DNA from: a virus
Reading direction: 5' to 3' (one strand)
IMG/VR virus record: IMGVR_UViG_3300028182_000001
Location: 94,404 to 158,403 of that record
DNA: 64,000 bases
In this document: positions 19,663-29,207 of the stretch, one piece after another
How the letters are laid out: each line of letters opens with the position of its first letter
Numbering within the stretch: position 1 is the first letter of the stretch
Program-made: the position numbers and the translations under genes
The notes under the pieces: generated by a model
The model's database searches: none
Told to the model about the DNA's origin: nothing
The model's input: the letters and a program-made list of their open reading frames with translations, nothing else

Positions 19663-19892
19663 AAGATATCATGAACGAAATGGAAGCAAGAGGGTTTATG
19701 TCTAAGCGTAAGTTTTGGCAGGACTATGCAACTGAATTTGGTGTTAACCGAGGTGCGATAGCGTGGTTTGGTTTCGACTACTACGAGTACACGGATAAAG
19801 CAGAGATATACGATATATACTTTGCAGAAGTTAAACGTATGTTAGGATTACCTGAGAAGACTAGTGGTATTATAGTTAAAACGGATTGGTAG
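19623..19892 (+). CDS. Hypothetical protein
   Basis: AGGAG RBS. Confidence 0.7.
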   Translation: MVIELKTISYYELEDIMNEMEARGFMSKRKFWQDYATEFGVNRGAIAWFGFDYYEYTDKAEIYDIYFAEVKRMLGLPEKTSGIIVKTDW

Positions 19893-19913
19893 AAAATAAT
19901 TTTAATAAAGTTG

Positions 19914-19942
19914 TTGACTTATAGAAAACAACATGGTAAATT
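19914..19942 (+). promoter_or_regulatory. sigmaA-type promoter (cassette copy 2)
   Basis: TTGACT-N17-TAAATT. Confidence 0.8.
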
Positions 19943-19986
19943 AAGTACATGAGATATCAAACAAATTATCGAAGGAGATGTTAATT

Positions 19987-20466
19987 ATGAATACAACAAC
20001 ATTAAATACGGATCAGTTACAAGTGGTATGGGAGCAACTAGACGGAGCGTGTGAAGCTCTAGAACGTTTACAGGAGAATGGTATTAGCACAGGAATGGTA
20101 GACTTCTCTTCCGTAGTAGCGTTAAAGAATGAAGTAGAAGAGTTAATGCAAAAACAAGGTAAGGCACTTTCATTTAAAGACATCGTAGAAACAAATAAAA
20201 TCCCGTTCAACTTAGAAGCAGTAAAGCGTGAGCTAAGGGAAGTAATAGACGGGAAGTTCATGGTACGGCAGTACAAAGGGTACAGAGGGTTAGATAGACA
20301 AGGAATCCATACTTACTATGTTTACTTCGATACTCCGACACCTCGAAACAAAGACGGTATAACGGTAACATTGGAAGCACTTGGTTTAGAACCAACGAAA
20401 ATGCGTGTTACTAGTGGATCGTACGGATATATAATCTCATTTAAAGTGAAAGAGGAGGGCAAGTAA
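19987..20466 (+). CDS. Hypothetical protein
   Basis: ATG 19987 is correctly spaced from AAGGAG. Confidence 0.75.
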   Translation: MNTTTLNTDQLQVVWEQLDGACEALERLQENGISTGMVDFSSVVALKNEVEELMQKQGKALSFKDIVETNKIPFNLEAVKRELREVIDGKFMVRQYKGYRGLDRQGIHTYYVYFDTPTPRNKDGITVTLEALGLEPTKMRVTSGSYGYIISFKVKEEGK

Positions 20467-20467
20467 G

Positions 20468-20821
20468 ATGATTAACAGAGAAAAAATTGCAGTTGCCGCA
20501 AAATTACTAGAGCTAGTTGTGAACCACAAAGATACGCAAAGCGTGGAAGGTCATATAGAGATGTTTGAGAATTGCAGAGAGCAGGGTTATAGAATCTGCT
20601 TACACACGTTTGGTGGGGATAGAGTAAAAACAATCGCATTCAGTGAGCACCGTAGTAGCGATGATATTGTAGTGTATCACAGTATGGATCATGAGGAGTA
20701 CGCATTCGGATACTCTGAAAAGTTTTGGGAGAGTTCGAAGCACTTCAGATACAACGACTACGAAGGCGCTACTGAGTACATTATAGACTTACTTAACTAC
20801 AGAGAAGGAGCAGAGGGCTAA
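20468..20821 (+). CDS. Hypothetical protein
   Basis: ORF with RBS. Confidence 0.75.
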   Translation: MINREKIAVAAKLLELVVNHKDTQSVEGHIEMFENCREQGYRICLHTFGGDRVKTIAFSEHRSSDDIVVYHSMDHEEYAFGYSEKFWESSKHFRYNDYEGATEYIIDLLNYREGAEG

Positions 20822-20822
20822 T

Positions 20823-21113
20823 ATGGGTGATTTAGCAGATGACGCAGTAGAGTGGGCAATGAGAGAGTACTATGATTTTAGAGAAGCGAGGAAGGAGGAA
20901 GTGTATGCTTGGAAAGACCGAGCTACACGCCTCCTCTCTACTAAAGACGATGGACAAGTAGTAGAGGAAGTTGAGAAAGTGTTAAAGCGTGGTTCGTACA
21001 ACAAAGAGTATCTAGACCAGCAACTATCAATGATAGCTTACTATATGATGTATAGAAGATTAACAGAGAAACAAAAGTGGGCAATGTGTTTGTTCGCTAC
21101 AGAATACGAATAA
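20823..21113 (+). CDS. Hypothetical protein
   Basis: ORF track. Confidence 0.75.
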   Translation: MGDLADDAVEWAMREYYDFREARKEEVYAWKDRATRLLSTKDDGQVVEEVEKVLKRGSYNKEYLDQQLSMIAYYMMYRRLTEKQKWAMCLFATEYE

Positions 21114-21121
21114 AAAAGTTG

Positions 21122-21150
21122 TTGACTTAAAGACAACATCATGGTAAATT
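21122..21150 (+). promoter_or_regulatory. sigmaA-type promoter (cassette copy 3)
   Basis: TTGACT-N17-TAAATT. Confidence 0.8.
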
Positions 21151-21192
21151 AGGTACATAAGATAATTACTAACATATCAGGAGGAATTAGAA

Positions 21193-21927
21193 ATGGATAA
21201 ATTCGGGAACCGCATGAAAGGTTATGAAAATGCTTATAGAATAAAGTTACCACAGAGAATGCCAGTAATCGTGCGTATTGATGGTAAGGCGTTCCACACT
21301 TATACAAAAGGTATGAACCGACCATTCGATTCAACACTAGCATACGCAATGTGGGAAACTTGTAAATACTTAGTGAAGAACGTTATGGGTTGTAAACTAG
21401 CATACACACAGTCTGACGAAATTAGTCTACTAATCACAAACTATGAAAAGCTAACAACTCAATCATGGTTCGATAATAACCTACAGAAGATCGTTTCAGT
21501 GGCCGCATCGCTCGCTACAGCGAAGTTTAACGAGGTTATGAGGGAAACATACCCTGAGAAGGAACTAGCTCTATTTGACGCTAGAGCGTGGGTCTTACCA
21601 CAAGATGAGGTAAACAACTACTTCTTATGGAGACAACAGGACGCTACAAAGAATAGTATCTCAATGGTAGCACAAGCAAACTTCCCACACAAATCTCTGC
21701 AAGGTCTAAATGGAAGACAGTTACAGGATAAGTTAATGCTAGAAAGAGATGTTAACTGGAATGACTTACCTGTATGGCAGAAACGTGGAGTATGTATCGT
21801 AAAAGAAATCTACACAAAGAACGGAGCATTACGATCCCGTTGTGCAGTAGATGAGAGCACGCCAGTATTCTCACAAGATACGGATTATATTAATGGGTTA
21901 GTATACCCAACTAAGGAGGAGAAGTAA
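21193..21927 (+). CDS. thg1: tRNA(His) guanylyltransferase Thg1 / Thg1-like 3'-5' RNA polymerase
   Basis: RIDGKAFH, YTQSDEISL, FDAR, WRQQDA, W.KRG motifs. Confidence 0.95.
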   Translation: MDKFGNRMKGYENAYRIKLPQRMPVIVRIDGKAFHTYTKGMNRPFDSTLAYAMWETCKYLVKNVMGCKLAYTQSDEISLLITNYEKLTTQSWFDNNLQKIVSVAASLATAKFNEVMRETYPEKELALFDARAWVLPQDEVNNYFLWRQQDATKNSISMVAQANFPHKSLQGLNGRQLQDKLMLERDVNWNDLPVWQKRGVCIVKEIYTKNGALRSRCAVDESTPVFSQDTDYINGLVYPTKEEK

Positions 21928-21928
21928 G

Positions 21929-22312
21929 ATGGAAAAAGATACAATTTACGCATTTGTATTCACATTAAAAGGTGACGTAGTAGGAACGAAGTCTTGGTTC
22001 TATGACAGTGAGAAGGAAGCAGCGTTATCGGCTAAATCGGCAATGCCTACATACAAAGCAGATGAGGTATCTATCCATCGCTTTGACGAGGGAACAGGGG
22101 AGTTCTTAAAGAATAGTGTTGTTCGCCAACGAAACGATATCAAATGGAAAGAGGTATATAACGCTCAGAATATGTTCGGTAAGGCATTTCACTACTGCCA
22201 AGAGGTTGCTGAAAACGTAGGGTATAAGTATCTCTTATTCAATGGAGTAGTGTACAGTGTCAACGGGACACTTAATCAAGGACTTTGTGAAGAGAAAGAT
22301 TTAATCGTCTAA
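21929..22312 (+). CDS. Hypothetical protein
   Basis: ORF with RBS. Confidence 0.75.
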   Translation: MEKDTIYAFVFTLKGDVVGTKSWFYDSEKEAALSAKSAMPTYKADEVSIHRFDEGTGEFLKNSVVRQRNDIKWKEVYNAQNMFGKAFHYCQEVAENVGYKYLLFNGVVYSVNGTLNQGLCEEKDLIV

Positions 22313-22325
22313 GGAGGGACAAGCT

Positions 22326-22604
22326 ATGAATCTATACCGACAAATTACTGCCCAAGAGTTACGAGATGAGATTTCCGTAATGTATAGTCACGCCTTGATA
22401 CGAGACGAGAAAGACCAAGAGGAGGTACTGCACGCTATTAAAATGATGAGTCGTAGGGAAGCGAAGCAAGCGATCCGAAAGTACTTCAAAGGTGATGTCG
22501 GATGTGCTGTCTTCTATAACAGAATTAAGAAGCTTTACTTCGCTCTAGAATGGGTTCAATCAGGTACCCCAGTTTACACAGATTTAATGAGGGAGGATGA
22601 TTAA
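22326..22604 (+). CDS. Hypothetical protein
   Basis: ORF with RBS. Confidence 0.75.
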   Translation: MNLYRQITAQELRDEISVMYSHALIRDEKDQEEVLHAIKMMSRREAKQAIRKYFKGDVGCAVFYNRIKKLYFALEWVQSGTPVYTDLMREDD

Positions 22605-22956
22605 AATGGGTTGGAGAAAGAAATTAGGTACAGGTGTTATAGTGGACGAGCAGGTGGACGAGTACTTAAAGGGTAACGGTTTCTACGAATCAACGTTAAA
22701 TCCTCGATTCCTGAATGACTGGTCGTTTGTAGACCACATTAAGGAACACGGAGCACCTTGCTTACGACTAGATACTACGGATCGTGACCGTGGTAATCCT
22801 GAATACACTCTACGTGTATTCGTAGCAGCCAATGAGCTATATATGGAAGTACAAACAAGTTGGGGTAGCCTTGACAGGTCGTATCATGTTCATGCACAAT
22901 ATGGTATTACGATGGATAATATTGACGAGCTTATGGACGAATTAATTGATTACTAG
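22597..22956 (+). CDS. Hypothetical protein (start may be 22606)
   Basis: ORF track. Confidence 0.7.
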   Translation: MIKMGWRKKLGTGVIVDEQVDEYLKGNGFYESTLNPRFLNDWSFVDHIKEHGAPCLRLDTTDRDRGNPEYTLRVFVAANELYMEVQTSWGSLDRSYHVHAQYGITMDNIDELMDELIDY

Positions 22957-22967
22957 GAGGAGATAAC

Positions 22968-23180
22968 ATGCACAAGAGTAAACTGAATATCTCGGACACA
23001 TTGCGATCCGAGATTAAACAACAAGAAACTACAACACGAAAACTAGCGTCTGACGTTGGGTTACACCAACCACAGATCAGTAAGGTACTAACAGGTACCA
23101 ACTACCAAATTGATACGCTCATCAAAGTGCTAGACGGGTTAGGACTAGAGATACAATTAACTAAGAAGGGTGGAGAATAA
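22968..23180 (+). CDS. XRE/Cro-like HTH regulator
   Basis: RKLASDVGLHQPQISKVLTG...IDTLIKVLDGLG. Confidence 0.85.
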   Translation: MHKSKLNISDTLRSEIKQQETTTRKLASDVGLHQPQISKVLTGTNYQIDTLIKVLDGLGLEIQLTKKGGE

Positions 23181-23580
23181 AATGAAGAAGAAACTAATTG
23201 CAGGTTTGATGTCTATTATGGCAGTGATAGGTTTAGCAGGTTGTAGTACAGAAGCAGATGTAGTTTCAGAAAATTTATCTAAGTCAGCAGATTCGTTTGA
23301 GGTTCAACGAAGAGTAGTGTTCTTCAATGGTATAACGGATAAGTACCTTTTAAGTATTGAGGGACTATGCGCTTTAGATGCTGGTGACGGGAAAAAGATA
23401 ACTGTAACTTGTAAGACTGGTGATGGTAAGTATAAGAAGCACTACCTTGGATTAAGTGACAATGTAAGTTACTTTATCGAACAAACAGACGCTAAGTACG
23501 AAGATGCGTACCATTACAAAGTACTGTTTAGACCTGAAGAGATTATTCCTGATATCAAGTTACAGACAAGCAACAAATAA
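23170..23580 (+). CDS. Lipoprotein (start likely 23182)
   Basis: MKKKLI...LAGC lipobox. Confidence 0.8.
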   Translation: MENKMKKKLIAGLMSIMAVIGLAGCSTEADVVSENLSKSADSFEVQRRVVFFNGITDKYLLSIEGLCALDAGDGKKITVTCKTGDGKYKKHYLGLSDNVSYFIEQTDAKYEDAYHYKVLFRPEEIIPDIKLQTSNK

Positions 23581-23608
23581 ACTACTTTTATAAGAAGGAG
23601 GAATTAGG

Positions 23609-23899
23609 ATGAGTGGAGGAAGTTTCAATTACTTATGTTATAAACAAATACATGAACTGTTTGACGAGGAGAATTTAGTAGAGTTAGAGAATATGGCAAC
23701 TAGTCTGATTGAGTTAGGTCATAAAGATGCGGCCCGAGAATTACTAAACATGAAATATACGATCGAGCAGTCTTTAGTACGTGTAGAGACTATGAAAGGT
23801 AGATTACATGATGTTATGCACGCAGTCGAGTGGCATGTTAGTGGAGATAGAAGTAAGGAAGCAGTCGCAGAAGCCGTAAAACAGTATAGAGGTGAATAA
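23609..23899 (+). CDS. Hypothetical protein (MSGGSFNY N-terminus)
   Basis: ORF with RBS. Confidence 0.75.
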   Translation: MSGGSFNYLCYKQIHELFDEENLVELENMATSLIELGHKDAARELLNMKYTIEQSLVRVETMKGRLHDVMHAVEWHVSGDRSKEAVAEAVKQYRGE

Positions 23900-23900
23900 G

Positions 23901-24065
23901 ATGGATTACACAAATAACTTCAGTAAATTGGTTAGGCACATCGAGAAAAAGTTGATGGATGGTTATGAGTCCATTGATATCTACGAAGAGTTAGAGAAAG
24001 AAGGAGACTGGGCACCCGATAGTCTCCACGATGCTTACTATATCGCTAAGAAAAATTTAGAGTAG
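23901..24065 (+). CDS. Small hypothetical protein, 54 aa (not in ORF track)
   Basis: MDYTNNFSKLVRHIEKK...NLE*; GAGGTG RBS. Confidence 0.7.
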   Translation: MDYTNNFSKLVRHIEKKLMDGYESIDIYEELEKEGDWAPDSLHDAYYIAKKNLE

Positions 24066-24145
24066 ATTTATGAATTTAAATAGTTACAGATGATACTTTA
24101 TATTGTATAATAGAGGAGGAATACAAGTTAGAGAGGGGTTACAGT

Positions 24146-24703
24146 ATGAATCCATTCGAGAATGGAGATTTAATTAAGATTTCAGCAAGTGATTTAACGT
24201 ACCGTAAGCAGGGAGTTCTCTACGTAGAGAAACGTCCCTACTACATAGTAGAACTGATTAAGGAGCCTGACACGGCGCTGTATGCAGTTGTATACGCAGT
24301 AGAGCCAGGTACAGAGAAGAAGCCGAAGAAACGAGCTACACCCATTATCAACAACGCAAACCGATTCAGTGGAGAAACAAGATTGGGGCAGATTGCAAAC
24401 ATGATGTTCCCCGTAAAGAAGACCACAGGATGGAAAGAGAATCCACCACTATTCGTATCACCTGTACTTAGCGGCCGAGTGGCTACACTAACAGGAGTGA
24501 ACGAAGACGGATTCTTTGAACGTACACCTGATAGATGGACTTCCGTTGCAGGTACGAAGAAGTTAGAGCATGGTAAACCGACAGGAGTATTCATTGGGCT
24601 ATCGACAATTGAGTGGGATACAATTACACATATCCCTGTAGACTCACTTGTACAAGCTATGATCCGTAATAAGCAAACGAGTGAATTCTTCGATTTATCT
24701 TAA
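24146..24703 (+). CDS. Hypothetical protein
   Basis: ORF with RBS. Confidence 0.8.
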   Translation: MNPFENGDLIKISASDLTYRKQGVLYVEKRPYYIVELIKEPDTALYAVVYAVEPGTEKKPKKRATPIINNANRFSGETRLGQIANMMFPVKKTTGWKENPPLFVSPVLSGRVATLTGVNEDGFFERTPDRWTSVAGTKKLEHGKPTGVFIGLSTIEWDTITHIPVDSLVQAMIRNKQTSEFFDLS

Positions 24704-24725
24704 TAGTTTACTAGGAGGGAAAGTT

Positions 24726-25184
24726 ATGAACAGAGCAGAGCAATTAGCATTAGAGATTGAACGTAAGCAAAGGGAGTTAGCAAAACTACTGAAGGAAGAG
24801 GAAGATAGAAAGAAACCGATTCCTTTTGATCCTGAAGGTACATGGAAAGTAACTACTGAAGGTGACTGTGAAGGGCGCAGTACTAAGCAGCTAGGTACAT
24901 ATGAAGGGCATATCTTAGATGTAGTGCGCCAATTGGCAGGACAAGCTTACTACCAGTTAACGTTCGAACGTGTACAAGCTCAGAGAGCTACAAAGCTTAC
25001 TAAAGGATCAAAACGATGTGTACAGTTCCATGTTACAGCAGGAGATAGAGAAACACGAGAGAAGTTACCTTCAGGAGATAGCAACGCACAGTTCAGAGCA
25101 TTAGCGCAACATCTGAGAGATGGGGAGTCACTTAAAGAAGGTAATTACTATAACGCAGTAGAATTAACTTGGGAGGTAAAATAA
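24726..25184 (+). CDS. Hypothetical protein
   Basis: ATG 24726 follows AGGAGG. Confidence 0.75.
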   Translation: MNRAEQLALEIERKQRELAKLLKEEEDRKKPIPFDPEGTWKVTTEGDCEGRSTKQLGTYEGHILDVVRQLAGQAYYQLTFERVQAQRATKLTKGSKRCVQFHVTAGDRETREKLPSGDSNAQFRALAQHLRDGESLKEGNYYNAVELTWEVK

Positions 25185-25185
25185 T

Positions 25186-25536
25186 ATGAATAAAACAACA
25201 GACTTTGTGCTTAAATGGTTCCTACCAATATGTATAATCATTATCGGGTTATCAGGTGCAGGGCAGATAGTGTACGGTTCCGTGACTGTAGGTTTAATTC
25301 AAGTATTCACAGGGTTCTATGTCGCAACTATGATTACACCTATGAAAATGGAACGAATGGTTAAGCGTTATGCTATTTGGTTAGGGATACTAACTGTAGG
25401 TATGATTGTTTGTCTTATAACTTTACTATTCTTAGGGAACTACTTTGGAGCGCTCAGTACCGCATTAGTTACTATTGCAGGAGCTTTCAATATCTACGTT
25501 CTACATTTCAAACATGGTAAGGAGGAGCAGGAATGA
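25186..25536 (+). CDS. Membrane protein (about 4 TM)
   Basis: Hydrophobic segments; RBS. Confidence 0.8.
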   Translation: MNKTTDFVLKWFLPICIIIIGLSGAGQIVYGSVTVGLIQVFTGFYVATMITPMKMERMVKRYAIWLGILTVGMIVCLITLLFLGNYFGALSTALVTIAGAFNIYVLHFKHGKEEQE

Positions 25537-25838
25537 TTATACATAAACAGGAACTGAAAGAGACCATCAAGGTATTCCATAACAGTCGTGAAGAGATGCA
25601 GAAGAACTTAGTTAAGTTAAAGTTAGACGGTTGGTCAGGAAATACTCGTGTCAGTGTTGTAGGTTTGGTTTTAGTTCGACAAGAGTTAAGCAACATGGAC
25701 ATTGAGTGGTTAAACGAGAACCACCCTGATTTAACGATACATGAGCCTGAAACGGATAACTTCCTATATAGCCAACCGTACGTATTCTACACAGAACACG
25801 AGAAAATTATCAAGGAGGAACATAAAAATGTTAGATAA
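25533..25838 (+). CDS. Hypothetical protein
   Basis: ATGA overlap; RBS. Confidence 0.7.
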   Translation: MIIHKQELKETIKVFHNSREEMQKNLVKLKLDGWSGNTRVSVVGLVLVRQELSNMDIEWLNENHPDLTIHEPETDNFLYSQPYVFYTEHEKIIKEEHKNVR

Positions 25839-26037
25839 ATTCGGAGGTATTTTTCAAATTACTGCTACTTTTCTTTTAGGATGCACAATCACATTTAATT
25901 TATGTGTAGGAGCACCTGTACTTGGATGGGTATACATTGTCTTTGTAGTCAGTTTCATTTGGATGCTAGTAGGTAATCCAACGTTCACAGAGAGGTTCCC
26001 ATACTTTAAAAACTTACTGAAACGTAAGGGGGAATAA
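25828..26037 (+). CDS. Small membrane protein
   Basis: ATG 25828 after AAGGAGG; two TM segments. Confidence 0.7.
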   Translation: MLDKFGGIFQITATFLLGCTITFNLCVGAPVLGWVYIVFVVSFIWMLVGNPTFTERFPYFKNLLKRKGE

Positions 26038-26039
26038 AC

Positions 26040-26792
26040 TTGGGGAGATGGAAAGATAGAGTTTGGTTCCATAAGTCTAAGGAGACGACAGGTATTCGTT
26101 GCTGGTTACACTGGGGAGAAGCAGTATGGCACTACGAAGGATATACCTTTAAGAACGCAAACAAGTTAGGTATTAGTATGGACGTAGGTGGCGATGAAAA
26201 TGATATCTCCCTCGGTGTCGGTATTAAAGGACTATTCACAATGTACTTTGGTGTTGACGGATTACTACCTCGTAAGTGGAAGTACAAACATCTACCTGAT
26301 ACTCGTAACTACGGTATTAGTGCGTTTGATGACTACATAAGCATCGAGTTCCACCGAGACGACTACGGTTATGGTAAAGGGTGGAGAGGGTTCCACAAGA
26401 TGATTAACTGGAAAGACATCCTCTTTGGTAAAGCTAAGTACACAGAAGAAGAAATACATACAATGCGAGGGTACGTTAGAATGCCTGAAGGTGACTATGC
26501 GGCCACGATCCGAGCTTACAACGCCACATGGACTCGTAAACGCTTTGTAGACCCTATGACCATCACTCGTTACGAGATTACACCTGATACACCTATCCCT
26601 GAACCAGGTAAAGGGGAGAACGGTTGGGATCAAGAGGACGATGCTACATTCTGTACGACTATCAGAGCAGATAGTGTATCCGATGCACTATTCCGTATGG
26701 CACAAAGTATTATGCGTACACGGGAAAACAGAGAAGGTAAGAACTGGGTACCTGACGCAGGATTCTCGGACAAGCTAAACCAACCATTGTAA
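26040..26792 (+). CDS. Hypothetical protein
   Basis: TTG start; followed by hairpin and Ts at 26795-26827. Confidence 0.75.
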   Translation: MGRWKDRVWFHKSKETTGIRCWLHWGEAVWHYEGYTFKNANKLGISMDVGGDENDISLGVGIKGLFTMYFGVDGLLPRKWKYKHLPDTRNYGISAFDDYISIEFHRDDYGYGKGWRGFHKMINWKDILFGKAKYTEEEIHTMRGYVRMPEGDYAATIRAYNATWTRKRFVDPMTITRYEITPDTPIPEPGKGENGWDQEDDATFCTTIRADSVSDALFRMAQSIMRTRENREGKNWVPDAGFSDKLNQPL

Positions 26793-26846
26793 AAAGGAGA
26801 GAATGCTATAACAGGCATTCTCTTTTCGTTAGAGAGGGGATACATA

Positions 26847-27563
26847 ATGAAACGATTTTATGAACAAGATATAAAAGACCTTATCCTAGAGAAGCAACAT
26901 CTATTCGTGTCGAATACAGACTCATCTACAGTTGTATTCGAGAAAGGGATTGTAATTGGTTCTACGATTGCAGACTGTTTGATATTCTCACGAGAGAAAG
27001 GTATAATCGGTATAGAGATTAAAACAGAGAGGGATTCAACACGTAGGTTAAATAGTCAGTTAAAGAACTATAGTCTTGTATGTGATTGGGTTTATGTTAT
27101 GTGCCATGATAACCATGTAGAGAAGGTGGAAGATATTCTAACTAAAAATGGTTATCATCATGTAGGTATCCTAGCATATACTGAGTTTAGAGGGGTAGCA
27201 ATTCTAGGTGAGTATAGAACTCCTAAGCGATCCCCATACAAGAAAGTAAGTGTAGCGTATCAGATGCTATGGAAAGAAGAGATTAACAATATCCTCGGGA
27301 GCTTTAAAAGACAGGTGAAGACGTTAGAAGAGTTTGGAATGAAAGTGGATACAGCCGAGAGTAGGTCAGGAGGATTGAACGGTCTCTATGTACAGTCAAA
27401 TGCTTCTAAGAAGTATCTAAAGAAGTCTGATATGATTAACATGATTATAGGAAGACTTGGTGAGACACAAGCAAATACATTGCTCTGTAACATCTTTATA
27501 TCAGGTAAAATGCACCCCGATAAACAATTGTCCTTCCACCACTTCAAAAGAAAAGATATATGA
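26847..27563 (+). CDS. PD-(D/E)XK nuclease-like protein (MmcB/sce7726-like)
   Basis: IADCLI...GIEIKTERDS.RRL.SQL..Y. Confidence 0.7.
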   Translation: MKRFYEQDIKDLILEKQHLFVSNTDSSTVVFEKGIVIGSTIADCLIFSREKGIIGIEIKTERDSTRRLNSQLKNYSLVCDWVYVMCHDNHVEKVEDILTKNGYHHVGILAYTEFRGVAILGEYRTPKRSPYKKVSVAYQMLWKEEINNILGSFKRQVKTLEEFGMKVDTAESRSGGLNGLYVQSNASKKYLKKSDMINMIIGRLGETQANTLLCNIFISGKMHPDKQLSFHHFKRKDI

Positions 27564-27601
27564 TACAATAGAGAGGAGAATAAACGTAAAGGGGAATTGT
27601 T

Positions 27602-28372
27602 ATGGCAAAGAAAATTGAAGCGGTAGAACGAGTAGGTACAGTAGGGGTAAATAGTCACGGGTCACGGATGGTAGTAGTATGGTACGAGAACAGTAAGAAA
27701 GTTATCGTACAGTTTGAGCAAGGTAACGTTGTACAAACTAGTTGGCAGCTGTTCATCAAAGGATCAGTAAAGAATCCGTACGACAAAACACTTCTTGGTG
27801 TAGGATACATGGGGTTAGGCCGCTATAGCTCTAAGACGGAGGATGGAGAAGATAACCCCATCTATTACACTTGGCTTCGTATGATGAGACGTTGTTACGA
27901 TGAGAATACACACAAAAGACAACCTGCGTATATTAACTGTATAGTTGATCCTGATTGGCACAACTTCCAAAACTTTGCAAAGTGGTACGAGGAAAACTAT
28001 TATGAGGTTGACGGAGAGACTATGTGCCTTGACAAAGATATACGTATTAAAGGTAATAAAGTATACTCACCTGATACATGTATCTTTGCTCCGACTCTCA
28101 TTAATAACCTGTTTATAACAAACGATAGTAGAAGAGGGGAGCTACCTGTAGGAGTCGTATACGATAAGAAACACGACAAATACATAGCGCAATATAGAAC
28201 TCCTCAAGGTAAACATTGGATAGGAAGATTCAAAACGGCAGAAGAAGCTTTCCTTGCTTATAAAGAGTTTAAGGAAGTTTATATAAAGAAGGTTGCAGAG
28301 GAATATAAGGGTAAAATACCACATACACTCTACAATATAATGATGACGTACAAGATAGAGATGACTGACTAA
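27602..28372 (+). CDS. HNH-type homing endonuclease with AP2-like C-terminus
   Basis: W..MMRRCY, WHNFQNFAKWY, LDKDI, GNKVYSP, IGRFKTAEEAF. Confidence 0.8.
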   Translation: MAKKIEAVERVGTVGVNSHGSRMVVVWYENSKKVIVQFEQGNVVQTSWQLFIKGSVKNPYDKTLLGVGYMGLGRYSSKTEDGEDNPIYYTWLRMMRRCYDENTHKRQPAYINCIVDPDWHNFQNFAKWYEENYYEVDGETMCLDKDIRIKGNKVYSPDTCIFAPTLINNLFITNDSRRGELPVGVVYDKKHDKYIAQYRTPQGKHWIGRFKTAEEAFLAYKEFKEVYIKKVAEEYKGKIPHTLYNIMMTYKIEMTD

Positions 28373-28412
28373 CTTTCCATCATTTTAGAAAAAAGTAAGA
28401 AAAAAGTGGAAA

Positions 28413-28441
28413 TAGACTTCTAAAAGTATGTATGATATCAT
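28413..28441 (+). promoter_or_regulatory. sigmaA-like promoter
   Basis: TAGACT-N17-TATCAT with TG extension. Confidence 0.6.
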
Positions 28442-28447
28442 AAAGAT

Positions 28448-28545
28448 AGGAGTATACTATAACTACAAAGTTATCGGATATACTCCTTTCCTCCTTACAT
28501 CGGAGGTTGGAGTAGAGACAGGAGACAACTAAATCTAAGGAGGAA
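28448..28545 (+). promoter_or_regulatory. Structured 5' leader with anti-Shine-Dalgarno
   Basis: Alternative hairpins; TTCCTCCTTA is complementary to TAAGGAGGAA. Confidence 0.6.
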
Positions 28546-28551
28546 TTTATA

Positions 28552-29103
28552 ATGACAGTTAAACAGTTAAGCTTAGTAAAATATGCAGGTGAATATTTTT
28601 GCACATTGGCAGACTATACGGAAACAAGAAGCACAGAGGGTTACTCAGATAGCGCATCGGTAAAATCAGCAGTTAGAACATTCGTAGTGAAATCAGATGC
28701 AACAAAATATATCTCTTTTAGAGGGGAAGCACAATTAAAGAATATCATCCAAGAGAATAAAGATAACCCTCACTTCCACGAAGAAGACTTCCGAGGGACT
28801 AGAATGGGTATCATCGCTTGGGATATGTTAGAGCCTTTAAATAACCGTTTCAAAGAGAATAAAGAATATAAAAAAGCATTTGCTCAGTTCATGAAAGAAG
28901 CTAATGATTATATAGAAGGACAACAAAGTAAAGAATCTTCAGATGCTAATGAAACTAACGACCCTACAGAGAGTCGTGCTATAGTAATACGTACATTACG
29001 ATCCGAGTTAAACCGAGTTGATAAAGAGATAGAAGTTCGTCAAATAAATAGAGAAAAGATTCTTCAGGCTATTAACGCATTGGAGAGTTTAGAAGTCGAA
29101 TAA
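28552..29103 (+). CDS. Hypothetical protein with C-terminal coiled coil
   Basis: 183 aa ORF with perfect RBS. Confidence 0.8.
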   Translation: MTVKQLSLVKYAGEYFCTLADYTETRSTEGYSDSASVKSAVRTFVVKSDATKYISFRGEAQLKNIIQENKDNPHFHEEDFRGTRMGIIAWDMLEPLNNRFKENKEYKKAFAQFMKEANDYIEGQQSKESSDANETNDPTESRAIVIRTLRSELNRVDKEIEVRQINREKILQAINALESLEVE

Positions 29104-29207
29104 AAGTAAAAGATTATGGTATAATTGAATAGTTACAGAATAGGGTTGCATTTTATGGTGCAACCCTTTATTATATTACTTATAGAGGGAGTTAAAGGAG
29201 GGTTACA

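Noticed and set aside
18488-21195. Promoter cassettes as IS ends or CRISPR repeats
   Set aside because: There is no transposase; the repeats are explained by promoter plus RBS.
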